64,000 nucleotides of DNA from an uncultured Clostridia bacterium (GTDB lineage: Bacteria > Bacillota > Clostridia > Lachnospirales > Lachnospiraceae). The notes under the pieces were generated by a model that was not told the DNA's origin, ran no database searches, and worked only from the letters and a program-made list of their open reading frames with translations. Of the stretch, positions 43,780-53,846 are shown piece after piece (within the stretch, counting starts at the first letter, position 1; each line of letters begins with the position of its first letter). The DNA is taken from assembly GCA_945992055.1 (NCBI GenBank), contig CAMFVG010000031.1:11057-75056 (forward strand), read 5' to 3'. Both the position numbers and the translations under genes were made by a program.

Positions 43780-44118
43780 ATGAACATACACACATATCAA
43801 TCTTCTTCAGGACGCGATTTAATCCGAGAGTACATCGATTCTCTAACGGAGAAAGAACAAGTGGACGCATTTTCGGTTCTTCGGTGTATGGAAAGAGGAG
43901 AATTTGAAAAAATACAGTTTAAGCAGTGGCAAAAAAGAATTTATGAAGTATACTTTTTTAAATATAATCGATTGTTTTATGTTATAGCTGATAAACAAAA
44001 TTTATATTTGTTACACGCTTGTAGAAAACAGAAAAATCGAACGGAAAAGAAAGATAAAAAGATTGTGATAAAAAGAACAAAAGAGTTGGGAAAACAACTG
44101 GGAAAAAACTTTATTTGA
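43780..44118 (+). CDS. Type II TA toxin, RelE/HigB (Gp49-like) family
   Basis: Y.SSSGR..I.EYI.SL, IYEV...RLFY, LLHACRKQK..T pattern; toxin precedes an HTH gene. Confidence 0.8.
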   Translation: MNIHTYQSSSGRDLIREYIDSLTEKEQVDAFSVLRCMERGEFEKIQFKQWQKRIYEVYFFKYNRLFYVIADKQNLYLLHACRKQKNRTEKKDKKIVIKRTKELGKQLGKNFI

Positions 44119-44131
44119 GGGAGGATTTTTT

Positions 44132-44425
44132 ATGCCATTTGTACAGATTGATGTTAATGAAATAGTTGAAAAGAAATGTCGGGAATCTACAACTTTTGAA
44201 AAAGCATGGAAAGAAAGTAGAGAGGAATATCGATTGATAGAAGAGATGATTTTTTTGAGAAAGTCGAGAAAAATAACGCAGAGACAGTTGGCTGAAATCA
44301 CGGGAAATAGACAACAGGTTATTTCTCGAATTGAAAAAAGAGAAAATTGTCCTTCCTTAAAAACTTTTTGCAATTTGTTAAATGCAATCGGCTATGAGCT
44401 CAAAATTGTCAAGCGGAGGCAATAA
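44132..44425 (+). CDS. XRE-family HTH antitoxin (HigA-like)
   Basis: RKSRKITQRQLAEITGNRQQVISRIE...PSLKT. Confidence 0.85.
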   Translation: MPFVQIDVNEIVEKKCRESTTFEKAWKESREEYRLIEEMIFLRKSRKITQRQLAEITGNRQQVISRIEKRENCPSLKTFCNLLNAIGYELKIVKRRQ

Positions 44426-44514
44426 GTACTTGTATAATTTCAAATTTTGTATTAGAATAGACAAAAAGGCAGATATAATTATCTGATAATCGCAAAAGAA
44501 GGAGGATACATACT

Positions 44515-44685
44515 ATGGCATACGTAATTAGTGATGAATGTGTAAGCTGTGGAGCTTGTGAAGCAGAGTGCCCAGTAGGAGCTATTTCTGAAGGCGCAGA
44601 ACACTACGAAATTGATAAAGACGCTTGTTTGGATTGCGGAGCTTGTGCAGCTCAATGTCCAGTAGGAGCTATTTCTGAAGAATAA
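44515..44685 (+). CDS. fdx: Clostridial-type 2[4Fe-4S] ferredoxin (56 aa, not in ORF track)
   Basis: RBS GGAGG; MAYVISDECVSCGACEAECPVGAISEGAEHYEIDKDACLDCGACAAQCPVGAISEE with two CxxCxxCxxxCP motifs. Confidence 0.96.
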   Translation: MAYVISDECVSCGACEAECPVGAISEGAEHYEIDKDACLDCGACAAQCPVGAISEE

Positions 44686-44696
44686 TTAGATGAAAT

Positions 44697-44727
44697 AAAA
44701 GGAACCGATTTCAGTCGGTTCCTTTTT
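44697..44727. terminator. Bidirectional terminator between fdx and mutS2
   Basis: AAAAGGAACCGA-TTTCAG-TCGGTTCCTTTTT. Confidence 0.8.
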
Positions 44728-44770
44728 GTATGACGAGAAATCTCGTACTTGCTTATTTCATAAAATGCGT

Positions 44771-47146
44771 TTATTTAAATTCTACAATTGTAACTCCTGC
44801 ATCTCCCTCTCCGTATGCGGCCAGTGAAAAAGATTTCACATATTTTACACGTTTCAAATAATTATGGATGCCGGAACGGAGTGCCCCGGTACCTTTGCCA
44901 TGAACGACACGTACAGTTCGCAAGTGTGAGAGGTATGCATCATCCAGATATTTGTCCAGTTCTGAAATGGCTTCATCCACAGTTTTGCCAAGAAGATTGA
45001 TTTCCGGACGGACTGTCATAGATTTGTTCATCTTCATCTTGCCTGTCGAAGTGCGCTGTCGTTGCCGTTCAGTTGCAGACAATGGCTCTTCAATAATGGA
45101 TAAATCAGAAATATGCACCTGGGAACGAAGAATCCCCATTTGCACAAACAGATTACCTTTAGCATCTGGCAGAGAACTCACAGTTCCTGCTAGATTCATA
45201 CTGTGTACCTTGACAGATTCTCCTAATCGGAAATCACTAGGTTTGTGTTGTTTTGCTGGCTTTTTCGTTTCCAACTTTGTGGAATTTTGTGTTTTTGCAA
45301 TGCGTTGTCGCAAGCGCTCACGCTCTTTTTCGATTTCAGCCGCAGAAACATTTTCTTTTCCGAATTTTCGGAACTGTTTCATCGTTTCGTCGGCAAAGTC
45401 TTTCGCTTCTCGCAAAATGGCGTTTGCCTTTTCGTTGGCCTCTTTTATAATGCGTTCGCTACGTTCGTTCAAGTGTTCCTGTTTCTTGTGAAAATCTCGT
45501 TTCAGTGTTTCGATTTCCCGCTTATATGCCTCAATTTCAGCCTGCTCCTTTTCAATTGTGCGTCGGCTTGTTTCCAAATCTGTTAACAGATCCTCGAAAG
45601 ATTCATCTTGTTCTGACAAATGTTCTTTTGCGCTTTCAATAATATAATCCGGCAAACCGAGTTTGCTCGAAATAGCAAATGCATTACTTTTTCCAGGGAC
45701 ACCAATTAACAGATGATAGGTTGGACGTAGTGTATCTACATCAAATTCACAACAGGCGTTTTCAACTCCCGGCGTGGACAAAGCAAAAACCTTAAGTTCA
45801 CTATAGTGCGTGGTAGCCATAGTTCGTATACCGCGTTGGTGAAGATGAGATAAGATTGCAATTGCAAGGGCAGCTCCTTCGGTCGGGTCAGTACCGGCAC
45901 CGAGTTCATCAAAGAGAACGAGTGAGTGCTCATTTACTTCCTGTAAGAAAGAAACAATATTTGTCATGTGAGAAGAAAAAGTACTAAGACTTTGTTCAAT
46001 ACTTTGTTCATCCCCAATATCAGCAAATACATTTTCAAAAACAGCCAATTCCGAACGGTCTAATGCAGGTATGTGAAGACCTGCTTGCCCCATTAAGGTA
46101 AACAATCCGACTGTTTTGAGAGAAACGGTCTTTCCGCCGGTGTTTGGCCCGGTAACAATCAGAAGATTAAATTCACCGCCCAACATAACAGTAATTGGAA
46201 CCACTTTTTTCTTGTCTAGGAGAGGGTGGCGTCCCTCGCGAATATGGATATAACCGTTTGTATTAAAAATAGGTCGGCTGGCATTCATATGAAGCGCCAG
46301 ATTTCCTTTTGCAAAAATGAAATCTAATTCCGCAAGGACTTGATAATTGGTGCGAATTTCCGCAATATGCTCTGCGACTTCTACGCTGAGTCTTGCTAAA
46401 ATCACTTGGATTTCTTCTTGTTCTTTCGCGTAGAGTTCCTTTAATTCATTGTTCAGTTTTACAATAGCCATTGGTTCAATAAATAACGTGGATCCGGTAG
46501 AAGACTGATCGTGAATGAGCCCATTTACCTGACTCCGGTATTCGGCTTTAACCGGAATGCAGTAGCGGTCTCCCCGCATGGTGATAATGGCATCCTGCAA
46601 GTAGGAGCGAAGAGAACCGTTCACCAGCCCATTCAATGTAGTGTGTACTTTATCGTTGATTTGTGCCATATTCCTCCGTATCTGGCGCAAGGTACTGCTG
46701 GCATCATCGCTAATTTCATCTTCGTCTACGATACATCTGCGAATTTCGTTTGCCAAAGGAGTTAGCGGAGATAATTCCTCGAAATATCCGTCTAAGCAGT
46801 CGGTCAATTCATCCACTGTGTCGTGGCGTCCGTAAGCTTTGGCGCGATTTGCAACTTCACAGAGTTTGCAGATGCGAAGTAATTCGGTACTATTTAATGT
46901 TCCACCGATTTCCAAACGCTTCATGGAGTCCTCTACGGAATAACAACCACTAAAAGAAAGCCGTCCCTTTTTCACGATGCGGGAGAAGGCGGCGGCAGTT
47001 TGTTCTTCTGCAATATTTATTTCTTCTAAATCCGTCATAGGTTTTAAATCGTGACAACGATTTTTACCTGCTTCACAGGAGGCCTGATCGACTAATTGTT
47101 CAATGATTTTATCAAATTCTAGTTTTAATAATGTTTTTTGATTCAT
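44771..47146 (-). CDS. mutS2: Endonuclease MutS2
   Basis: TGPNTGGKT, DIGDEQSIEQSLSTFS, DELGAGTDP; C-terminal Smr VHGKGTG. Confidence 0.96.
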   Translation of the reverse strand: MNQKTLLKLEFDKIIEQLVDQASCEAGKNRCHDLKPMTDLEEINIAEEQTAAAFSRIVKKGRLSFSGCYSVEDSMKRLEIGGTLNSTELLRICKLCEVANRAKAYGRHDTVDELTDCLDGYFEELSPLTPLANEIRRCIVDEDEISDDASSTLRQIRRNMAQINDKVHTTLNGLVNGSLRSYLQDAIITMRGDRYCIPVKAEYRSQVNGLIHDQSSTGSTLFIEPMAIVKLNNELKELYAKEQEEIQVILARLSVEVAEHIAEIRTNYQVLAELDFIFAKGNLALHMNASRPIFNTNGYIHIREGRHPLLDKKKVVPITVMLGGEFNLLIVTGPNTGGKTVSLKTVGLFTLMGQAGLHIPALDRSELAVFENVFADIGDEQSIEQSLSTFSSHMTNIVSFLQEVNEHSLVLFDELGAGTDPTEGAALAIAILSHLHQRGIRTMATTHYSELKVFALSTPGVENACCEFDVDTLRPTYHLLIGVPGKSNAFAISSKLGLPDYIIESAKEHLSEQDESFEDLLTDLETSRRTIEKEQAEIEAYKREIETLKRDFHKKQEHLNERSERIIKEANEKANAILREAKDFADETMKQFRKFGKENVSAAEIEKERERLRQRIAKTQNSTKLETKKPAKQHKPSDFRLGESVKVHSMNLAGTVSSLPDAKGNLFVQMGILRSQVHISDLSIIEEPLSATERQRQRTSTGKMKMNKSMTVRPEINLLGKTVDEAISELDKYLDDAYLSHLRTVRVVHGKGTGALRSGIHNYLKRVKYVKSFSLAAYGEGDAGVTIVEFK

Positions 47147-47243
47147 ATTTTTCACCCTGCCTACATTTTACCTTATTTAAGTTGCAAAGGAAAGAGGAAA
47201 TATTGTATACTGATAAGAGGATTTATAGAGAGGAAATAAGAAG

Positions 47244-48185
47244 ATGAGATATATAAATACATTGCGAGAAGGGGATAATATTCGTTCCATTTATCTATGC
47301 AAGGCAAAGCGTTCGGCAGAGACAAGAAATGGAAAGCCGTATGACAACTTGCTGTTGCAAGATAAGACGGGTACTTTGGATGGGAAAGTTTGGGATCCAA
47401 ACTCCGGCGGAATTGCAGATTATGACGAGATGGATTTTGTGGAAGTGTTTGGAGAAGTGGTGAGTTATAACAATAACTTACAGCTGAATATCAAACAGCT
47501 TCGCAAACCGTATGAAGATGAATACAATGTGGCAGATTATATGCCAACCAGCGAGAAAAACGTAGATGGTATGTATCAAGAGTTGCTTTCGTACGTGGCC
47601 CGGATTGAAAATAAGTATTTACGTCAATTGGCGGAAGGATTTTTTAAGCAAGATGAAACATTTGTAAAAGTGTTTTGCGGACATTCTGCTGCAAAAACTG
47701 TGCACCACAGTTTTGCGGGAGGACTTTTGGAGCACACCTTAAGTATCGTGAAATTCTGTGAATATCTTGCAGACACTTATCCACTTTTAAATCGCGATTT
47801 ATTGTATTCGGCAGCGCTTTTCCACGACATAGGAAAAACAAGAGAACTCTCAACATTTCCGGAAAATGATTATACGGATGAGGGTCAACTTTTAGGGCAC
47901 ATTGTAATCGGCGTAGAAATGATCGGAGAGGCTGTACGTAAAATTGAAGGATTTCCGGAGAAAATTGCAAATGAATTGAAACATTGCGTGGTGGCGCATC
48001 ACGGGGAATTTGAGTTCGGTTCTCCGAAAAAACCGGCGATTCCTGAAGCAGTTGCACTTCACTATGCAGATGCAACGGATGCAAAGATGCAGACATTGAC
48101 CGAGATTTTCAAAGACAAAGACAGTGATGAGTGGTTGGGATACAATCGCTTGTTTGATTCAAATTTAAGAAAGAGCAGCTTATAA
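47244..48185 (+). CDS. yhaM: 3'-5' exoribonuclease YhaM family (OB + HD)
   Basis: LQDKTG...VWD OB fold; HHSFAGGLLEH, FHDIGK, HHG. Confidence 0.88.
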   Translation: MRYINTLREGDNIRSIYLCKAKRSAETRNGKPYDNLLLQDKTGTLDGKVWDPNSGGIADYDEMDFVEVFGEVVSYNNNLQLNIKQLRKPYEDEYNVADYMPTSEKNVDGMYQELLSYVARIENKYLRQLAEGFFKQDETFVKVFCGHSAAKTVHHSFAGGLLEHTLSIVKFCEYLADTYPLLNRDLLYSAALFHDIGKTRELSTFPENDYTDEGQLLGHIVIGVEMIGEAVRKIEGFPEKIANELKHCVVAHHGEFEFGSPKKPAIPEAVALHYADATDAKMQTLTEIFKDKDSDEWLGYNRLFDSNLRKSSL

Positions 48186-48186
48186 A

Positions 48187-49563
48187 ATGAAGAAGAATGA
48201 GAAAATCATTTTGACAATTGAAGATATAGGCGTTAACGGAGAGGGTATTGGCAAAGCTTTTGGCTATACCCTTTTTGTGAAGAATGCCATTATTGGAGAT
48301 ACTGTAGAAGCAGTTGTTACTAAAGCCAAAAAGAATTATGGATATGCCAAGATGTTGAACATTTTGGAAGCATCACCTTATCGTGTACCGGCACAATGTC
48401 CGGTGGCAAGGCAGTGCGGCGGTTGTCAGATACAGGAGCTTTCCTATGAGGCACAATTAAGCTTCAAAACGAAAAAAGTGAGGGGAAACCTAGAGCGGAT
48501 TGGGGGATTTTCATCCCAACTTTTGGATGAGATTATGGAGCCGATTTGTGACATGAAAGAACCTTTTTACTACCGTAACAAGGCACAGTTTCCGATTGGA
48601 ACAGATAGGGAAGGAAATATTGTGACAGGATTTTATGCAGGACGAACCCATCAGATTATTCCGAACACAGAGTGCGCATTAGGTGTTTTGGCGAATCGTG
48701 AGATTTTGGAATGTATTGTGGATTTTATGAATGCGTACGGAATCACTGCTTACGATGAAGAAACGCAGGCAGGGCTTGTTCGCCATGTGTTGATTCGTTA
48801 TGGTTTTAAGACCAAAGAGATTATGGTATGTCTCGTCATAAATGGGGATAATATTCCACATGCAGACAAACTTGTGGATAAGTTGGCCAAGATAGAAGGA
48901 ATGACCAGCATTACCTATAGTGTGAATCGGGAAAACACGAATGTCATCATGGGCAAAGATATTGGAGTGCTTTGGGGACAGGGATATATAACTGACTATA
49001 TTGGTGATGTGAAATATCAGATATCACCGCTTTCCTTCTTCCAGGTGAACCCAATTCAGACAGAAAAGTTATATGGATTGGCTTTGGAGTATGCCGGATT
49101 GACAGGGGAAGAGACGGTATGGGATCTTTATTGTGGTATCGGAACCATTTCTCTCTTCTTGGCACAGAGGGCAAAGAAAGTCTATGGCGTAGAGATTGTG
49201 CCACAGGCTATAGAGGATGCGAGAAACAATGCAAAGATTAATGGCATTGAAAATGTGGAGTTCTTTGTGGGAAAGGCAGAGGAAGTCTTGCAGGAGCAAT
49301 ATGAGAAGAATCAGGTATATGCAGATGTGATTGTAGTGGACCCGCCACGGAAAGGTTGTGACGAGACTTTGCTACAGACGATGGTGCAGATGGAACCGCA
49401 GAAAATCGTGTATGTGAGCTGTGACAGTGCAACACTTGCAAGGGATTTGAAAATTCTCTGTGAAAATGGTTATGAACTTACAAAAGTAAGACCTGTGGAC
49501 CAATTTCCGATGACGGTGCATGTTGAGACAGTGGCTTTGCTGTGCCGAAAAGACCAAAAGTAA
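48187..49563 (+). CDS. rlmD: 23S rRNA (uracil(1939)-C5)-methyltransferase
   Basis: TRAM domain, CGGC, YRNK, SFFQVN, DLYCGIG, DPPRKG, YVSC, HVE. Confidence 0.94.
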   Translation: MKKNEKIILTIEDIGVNGEGIGKAFGYTLFVKNAIIGDTVEAVVTKAKKNYGYAKMLNILEASPYRVPAQCPVARQCGGCQIQELSYEAQLSFKTKKVRGNLERIGGFSSQLLDEIMEPICDMKEPFYYRNKAQFPIGTDREGNIVTGFYAGRTHQIIPNTECALGVLANREILECIVDFMNAYGITAYDEETQAGLVRHVLIRYGFKTKEIMVCLVINGDNIPHADKLVDKLAKIEGMTSITYSVNRENTNVIMGKDIGVLWGQGYITDYIGDVKYQISPLSFFQVNPIQTEKLYGLALEYAGLTGEETVWDLYCGIGTISLFLAQRAKKVYGVEIVPQAIEDARNNAKINGIENVEFFVGKAEEVLQEQYEKNQVYADVIVVDPPRKGCDETLLQTMVQMEPQKIVYVSCDSATLARDLKILCENGYELTKVRPVDQFPMTVHVETVALLCRKDQK

Positions 49564-49576
49564 AGGAACTACATTT

Positions 49577-50356
49577 ATGACAATCAAAGAAGTGTTATCA
49601 CAATTAGAAACCTTCCGTTTTGCAGTAGGGCATCATATACACGTTCATTCGTCTTTGAAAAGCGTTGGAGAAATTGAAGGACGTGGTGAAGCGCTATTGG
49701 AGACCCTCATTGATTTTTTCACACAAGATGGAGGAATGGTTTCATTTCCTACACATACATGGGATAAAAATGTATTGGATTATAAACGCAAACATACCTG
49801 CATGGGAATGCTGTCAAAACTGGCTTTGCAAAGGGAAGATGGTGTGCGTTCCAGTAATCCGACACATTCCATGGTGATTTTTGGAGATAGAGCCAAAGAG
49901 TATGCCCAGTGGGATGATAATATTACTTCGTCCACATCTCCGTATGGATGCTATGGAAAACTTTTTGATGAGGATGGCTATATTCTGTTAATGGGAGTCG
50001 GACAAGAAAAAAACACTTACATTCATGCGGTGGAGGAGATGCTTGGCATTCCGGAGCGGAGAACAGATGAATTTCATAGTACCTTGCGAATGAACTGTGA
50101 TGGGAGTGTTGTTCACAAACCAATGCATCTTGTTTTTGAGAAATACGGAGATATTTCGCACTATTTTGGAAAATTAGAAAAGGCATTTCGATATCATGGT
50201 TGTATTGTTGATGGAGAAATTGGAAATGCAAAGGTGCAGTTCTGCAGTGCACGGAAAATAAAAGAAGTTCTTGAGATAATACATAAAAACAGCAATTATA
50301 TGGAAATTTTGTTGGATGATAAAGCACTTCCGAAAGCATGGTATGAGAAAAATTAG
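49577..50356 (+). CDS. AAC(3)/YokD family N-acetyltransferase
   Basis: VHSSLKS.G, PTHT, RS.NPTHS, G.ILLMGV...NTYIH..EE motifs. Confidence 0.82.
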   Translation: MTIKEVLSQLETFRFAVGHHIHVHSSLKSVGEIEGRGEALLETLIDFFTQDGGMVSFPTHTWDKNVLDYKRKHTCMGMLSKLALQREDGVRSSNPTHSMVIFGDRAKEYAQWDDNITSSTSPYGCYGKLFDEDGYILLMGVGQEKNTYIHAVEEMLGIPERRTDEFHSTLRMNCDGSVVHKPMHLVFEKYGDISHYFGKLEKAFRYHGCIVDGEIGNAKVQFCSARKIKEVLEIIHKNSNYMEILLDDKALPKAWYEKN

Positions 50357-50517
50357 GCTAAAAAAATAAATATGTGAAAAATTTATCAATTTAGACTATA
50401 CAAATGAAAAAAAATCTTGTATAATGTGTAAAGCAAATTGATAATCGGAGGACTGTGTGGTGTTTCCGATGCAATTATAACAAAAAAGAAAACAAGAAAA
50501 AGAGAGGTTGAAGGCAA

Positions 50518-52122
50518 ATGTCAAAAATTAATTTGGAGCAATATGGTATTACCGGAACAACTGAAATCGTATACAACCCTTCTTACGAAGTGTTATTCGA
50601 AGAAGAGACAAAAGCAGGTTTGGAAGGTTATGAAGTAGGTCAAGAAAGTGAACTTGGTGCTGTTAACGTAATGACAGGTATCTACACAGGACGTTCACCT
50701 AAAGACAAATACATCGTTATGGACGAAAACTCAAAAGATACAGTTTGGTGGACAAGCGATGAATATAAAAATGATAACCACCCGATTTCAGAAGATGTAT
50801 GGGCAGAACTTAAGAAACTTGCTCTTGCAGAACTTTCAAACAAGAGATTGTTCGTAGTGGATGCATTCTGTGGCGCTAACGCAGACACAAGAATGGCTAT
50901 CCGTTTCATCGTAGAAGTTGCTTGGCAAGCACACTTCGTTAAAAACATGTTCATTATTCCAACAGAAGAAGAACTTGCTAATTTCGAACCGGATTTTGTT
51001 ATTTACAATGCTTCTAAAGAAAAAGTTGAAAACTACAAAGAATTAGGACTTAATTCTGAAACAGCTGTAGCATTCAATATCACAAGCAAAGAACAAGTAA
51101 TCCTTAACACATGGTACGGTGGAGAAATGAAGAAAGGTATGTTCTCTATGATGAACTACTTCCTTCCATTAAATGGTATTGCTTCTATGCACTGTTCAGC
51201 AAACACAGATATGAATGGCGAAAACACAGCTATTTTCTTCGGTCTTTCCGGAACAGGTAAGACAACATTGTCTACAGATCCAAAACGTCTTCTTATCGGT
51301 GATGATGAGCACGGTTGGGATGATGACGGTGTATTCAACTTTGAGGGTGGATGCTACGCAAAAGTAATCAACCTTGATAAAGAATCTGAACCGGACATCT
51401 ACAATGCAATCAAACGTAATGCGTTATTAGAAAACGTCACATTAGATAAAGATGGAAAAATCGATTTCGCTGATGGTAGTGTTACAGAAAATACTCGTGT
51501 ATCTTACCCAATCAACCATATCGATAACATTGTTCGCCCAGTGTCAAAAGCACCAGCAGCTAAGAATGTAATCTTCCTTTCAGCTGATGCGTTTGGAGTA
51601 CTTCCTCCAGTATCAATCTTGACACCGGAACAAACAAAATACTACTTCTTATCTGGATTTACAGCAAAACTTGCTGGTACAGAACGTGGTATTACAGAAC
51701 CGACACCAACTTTCTCAGCATGTTTCGGACAAGCATTCTTAGAATTGCACCCGACAAAATATGCAGAAGAATTAGTTAAGAAGATGGAAGCAAATGGTTC
51801 AAAAGCATACTTAGTAAATACAGGATGGAATGGTACAGGAAAACGTATCTCAATCAAAGATACACGTGGTATCATCGATGCAATCCTTGATGGTTCTATT
51901 GAAAAAGCAGCTACAAAGACTATCCCATTCTTCAACTTTGAAGTTCCAACAGAACTTCCGGGCGTAGATACAGGTATTCTTGATCCTCGTGATACATATG
52001 CTGATGCAGCAGAGTGGGAAGCAAAAGCAAAAGACCTTGCTGGACGTTTCGTTAAGAACTTCAGCAAATATACTACAAACGAAGCTGGTAAAGCTTTGGT
52101 AGAAGCAGGTCCACAATTATAA
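50518..52122 (+). CDS. pckA: Phosphoenolpyruvate carboxykinase (ATP)
   Basis: [35 protein letters not shown]. Confidence 0.97.
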   Translation: MSKINLEQYGITGTTEIVYNPSYEVLFEEETKAGLEGYEVGQESELGAVNVMTGIYTGRSPKDKYIVMDENSKDTVWWTSDEYKNDNHPISEDVWAELKKLALAELSNKRLFVVDAFCGANADTRMAIRFIVEVAWQAHFVKNMFIIPTEEELANFEPDFVIYNASKEKVENYKELGLNSETAVAFNITSKEQVILNTWYGGEMKKGMFSMMNYFLPLNGIASMHCSANTDMNGENTAIFFGLSGTGKTTLSTDPKRLLIGDDEHGWDDDGVFNFEGGCYAKVINLDKESEPDIYNAIKRNALLENVTLDKDGKIDFADGSVTENTRVSYPINHIDNIVRPVSKAPAAKNVIFLSADAFGVLPPVSILTPEQTKYYFLSGFTAKLAGTERGITEPTPTFSACFGQAFLELHPTKYAEELVKKMEANGSKAYLVNTGWNGTGKRISIKDTRGIIDAILDGSIEKAATKTIPFFNFEVPTELPGVDTGILDPRDTYADAAEWEAKAKDLAGRFVKNFSKYTTNEAGKALVEAGPQL

Positions 52123-52137
52123 TTTTTATAAGACATG

Positions 52138-52171
52138 AGGCCGGTTCCTTATAAGGAATCGGTCTTTTTTT
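52138..52171 (+). terminator. Rho-independent terminator of pckA
   Basis: GGCCGGTTCCTT-AT-AAGGAATCGGTC followed by T7. Confidence 0.75.
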
Positions 52172-52204
52172 CTTTATGGAAACTTTGTTTCCATAAAGAA
52201 AAAA

Positions 52205-52298
52205 ACGCTCCGCGTAGGATGCGCAGAGACGCGTATAACGAAGGCATTGCTACACAATCGCGTCTCGCGCGAGTTTGCTTGCAAACTCTTTTTATTTT
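52205..52298. other. GC-rich structured intergenic element (REP-like or RNA leader)
   Basis: GCGCAGAGACGCG/CGCGTCTCGCGC stem and GAGTTTG-CTTG-CAAACTC hairpin plus T-tract in an AT-rich background. Confidence 0.45.
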
Positions 52299-52389
52299 CT
52301 AATAGAAATAAATGCAAGAATGCTTGATAATCAATTCTAAAAATGTTATGATAGTCTAGAATATATATGAAAAGTAGTTGATAGATTCT

Positions 52390-53109
52390 ATGATAATCGA
52401 TATACACGCTCATGTTTTGCCGAAGGTTGATGATGGGGCGAAAGATTGGGATACCTGCCTGCGCATGTTGTGCAAAAGTGCAAAAGCGGGTGTGCAAAAA
52501 GTGATTGCAACGCCTCATTACTATCCATGGGGGACCCAGGCGACTGCAGAACAGACGAAGAAACTGTGTATGGAAGCGCAAGAAAAACTGTATAAAGAGC
52601 ATGGGATTACTATGGATATTTATCCGGGACATGAGATATACTACAACGTAGGCGTAATGGAACAAATTAAAAGCGGTAAGATACTTACATTGGCAGAGAG
52701 TAGGTATGCGTTGGTTGAATTCGAACCGGAAACACCGTATTCTGTGATGTGTTATGCGGTTAGAGAATTTGTGGACAACAGATATGTTCCGATTTTGGCT
52801 CATACAGAGCGTTACCTCTGCCTGAGACGGGGGTGTAACGCACAGCGATTGAAAGAGATGGGTGCTCTGTTCCAGATGAATGTAGAAACACTGAACGGAG
52901 GCTTCTTTAGTGGGGAAACTCGATGGGCGAAGCAGTGTTTGCGCAAAGGAATGACAGATTTTTTGGCTTCTGATATGCACAACTTAAAAACAAGAATTCC
53001 CATAGCAAAAGAAAATTTAGAGTGGGTTTATAAAACATTAGACTCGGATTATCAAAAGAAAATATTGTGTGACAATTGTGAAAAAATTATAGCGAACATA
53101 AAACAATAA
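52390..53109 (+). CDS. cpsB: CpsB/CapC-type PHP tyrosine-protein phosphatase
   Basis: DIHAHVLP.VDDG, ATPH, AHTERY, ASDMH. Confidence 0.92.
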   Translation: MIIDIHAHVLPKVDDGAKDWDTCLRMLCKSAKAGVQKVIATPHYYPWGTQATAEQTKKLCMEAQEKLYKEHGITMDIYPGHEIYYNVGVMEQIKSGKILTLAESRYALVEFEPETPYSVMCYAVREFVDNRYVPILAHTERYLCLRRGCNAQRLKEMGALFQMNVETLNGGFFSGETRWAKQCLRKGMTDFLASDMHNLKTRIPIAKENLEWVYKTLDSDYQKKILCDNCEKIIANIKQ

Positions 53110-53123
53110 GAAAGGGTAAAAAA

Positions 53124-53843
53124 ATGGAAAACAAAGCATTTGATGATGAAATTGATTTAGTATGGCTCTTTTATGCGCTACTAAAAAAGATTTGGTTGAT
53201 TGTCGTAGTAGCAGCAGTGTCTGCATGTGGTGTAGCAGGGTATACATACTTTAGAACAGAACCGACATACACATCCACCTCTACGATGTTGGTGCTTACC
53301 AAAGAAACGACGTTGACATCTTTGGCAGATTTGCAGATTGGCAGCCAGTTGACAAAGGACTATATGGTTTTGATTACCAGCCGTCCGGTACTGGAAGAAG
53401 TGATTGAAAATTTGGATTTAAAAATCAATTACAAACAATTAAAACAGAAAATTTCGATTGGAAATCCGGAGGATACTCGAATTCTTAATATTTCTGTGAC
53501 AATGAATAATGCAAAGCAGGCGAAAGCAGTGGTGGACGAGCTTTCAGAAGTATCTGCAAAGTTCATCGGGGATAAGATGGAGGTTACGCCACCGAAGATT
53601 ATTGAAAAGGGTGAGATGAGCGTTTTCAAAATCGGGCCAAGCGTTTCCAGAAATGCAATGATTGGCTTCCTGTTAGGAGCATTGTTAGTATGTGTCATTA
53701 TTGTTGTGCTTGAACTTTTAAATGATTCTATACAGACAGAAGAAGATGTTGAAAAGTATTTGGATATTCCTACACTGGCAGATGTGCCGAGCAAGGTTGT
53801 TTCCCAGAAAAAGGAAAGACGTGGAAAGGGAAAGGCGAAGTAA
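53124..53843 (+). CDS. cpsC: CpsC/Wzz polysaccharide co-polymerase
   Basis: EIDL, PTYTS, two TM helices, DVEKYLDIPTL. Confidence 0.9.
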   Translation: MENKAFDDEIDLVWLFYALLKKIWLIVVVAAVSACGVAGYTYFRTEPTYTSTSTMLVLTKETTLTSLADLQIGSQLTKDYMVLITSRPVLEEVIENLDLKINYKQLKQKISIGNPEDTRILNISVTMNNAKQAKAVVDELSEVSAKFIGDKMEVTPPKIIEKGEMSVFKIGPSVSRNAMIGFLLGALLVCVIIVVLELLNDSIQTEEDVEKYLDIPTLADVPSKVVSQKKERRGKGKAK

Positions 53844-53846
53844 GAT

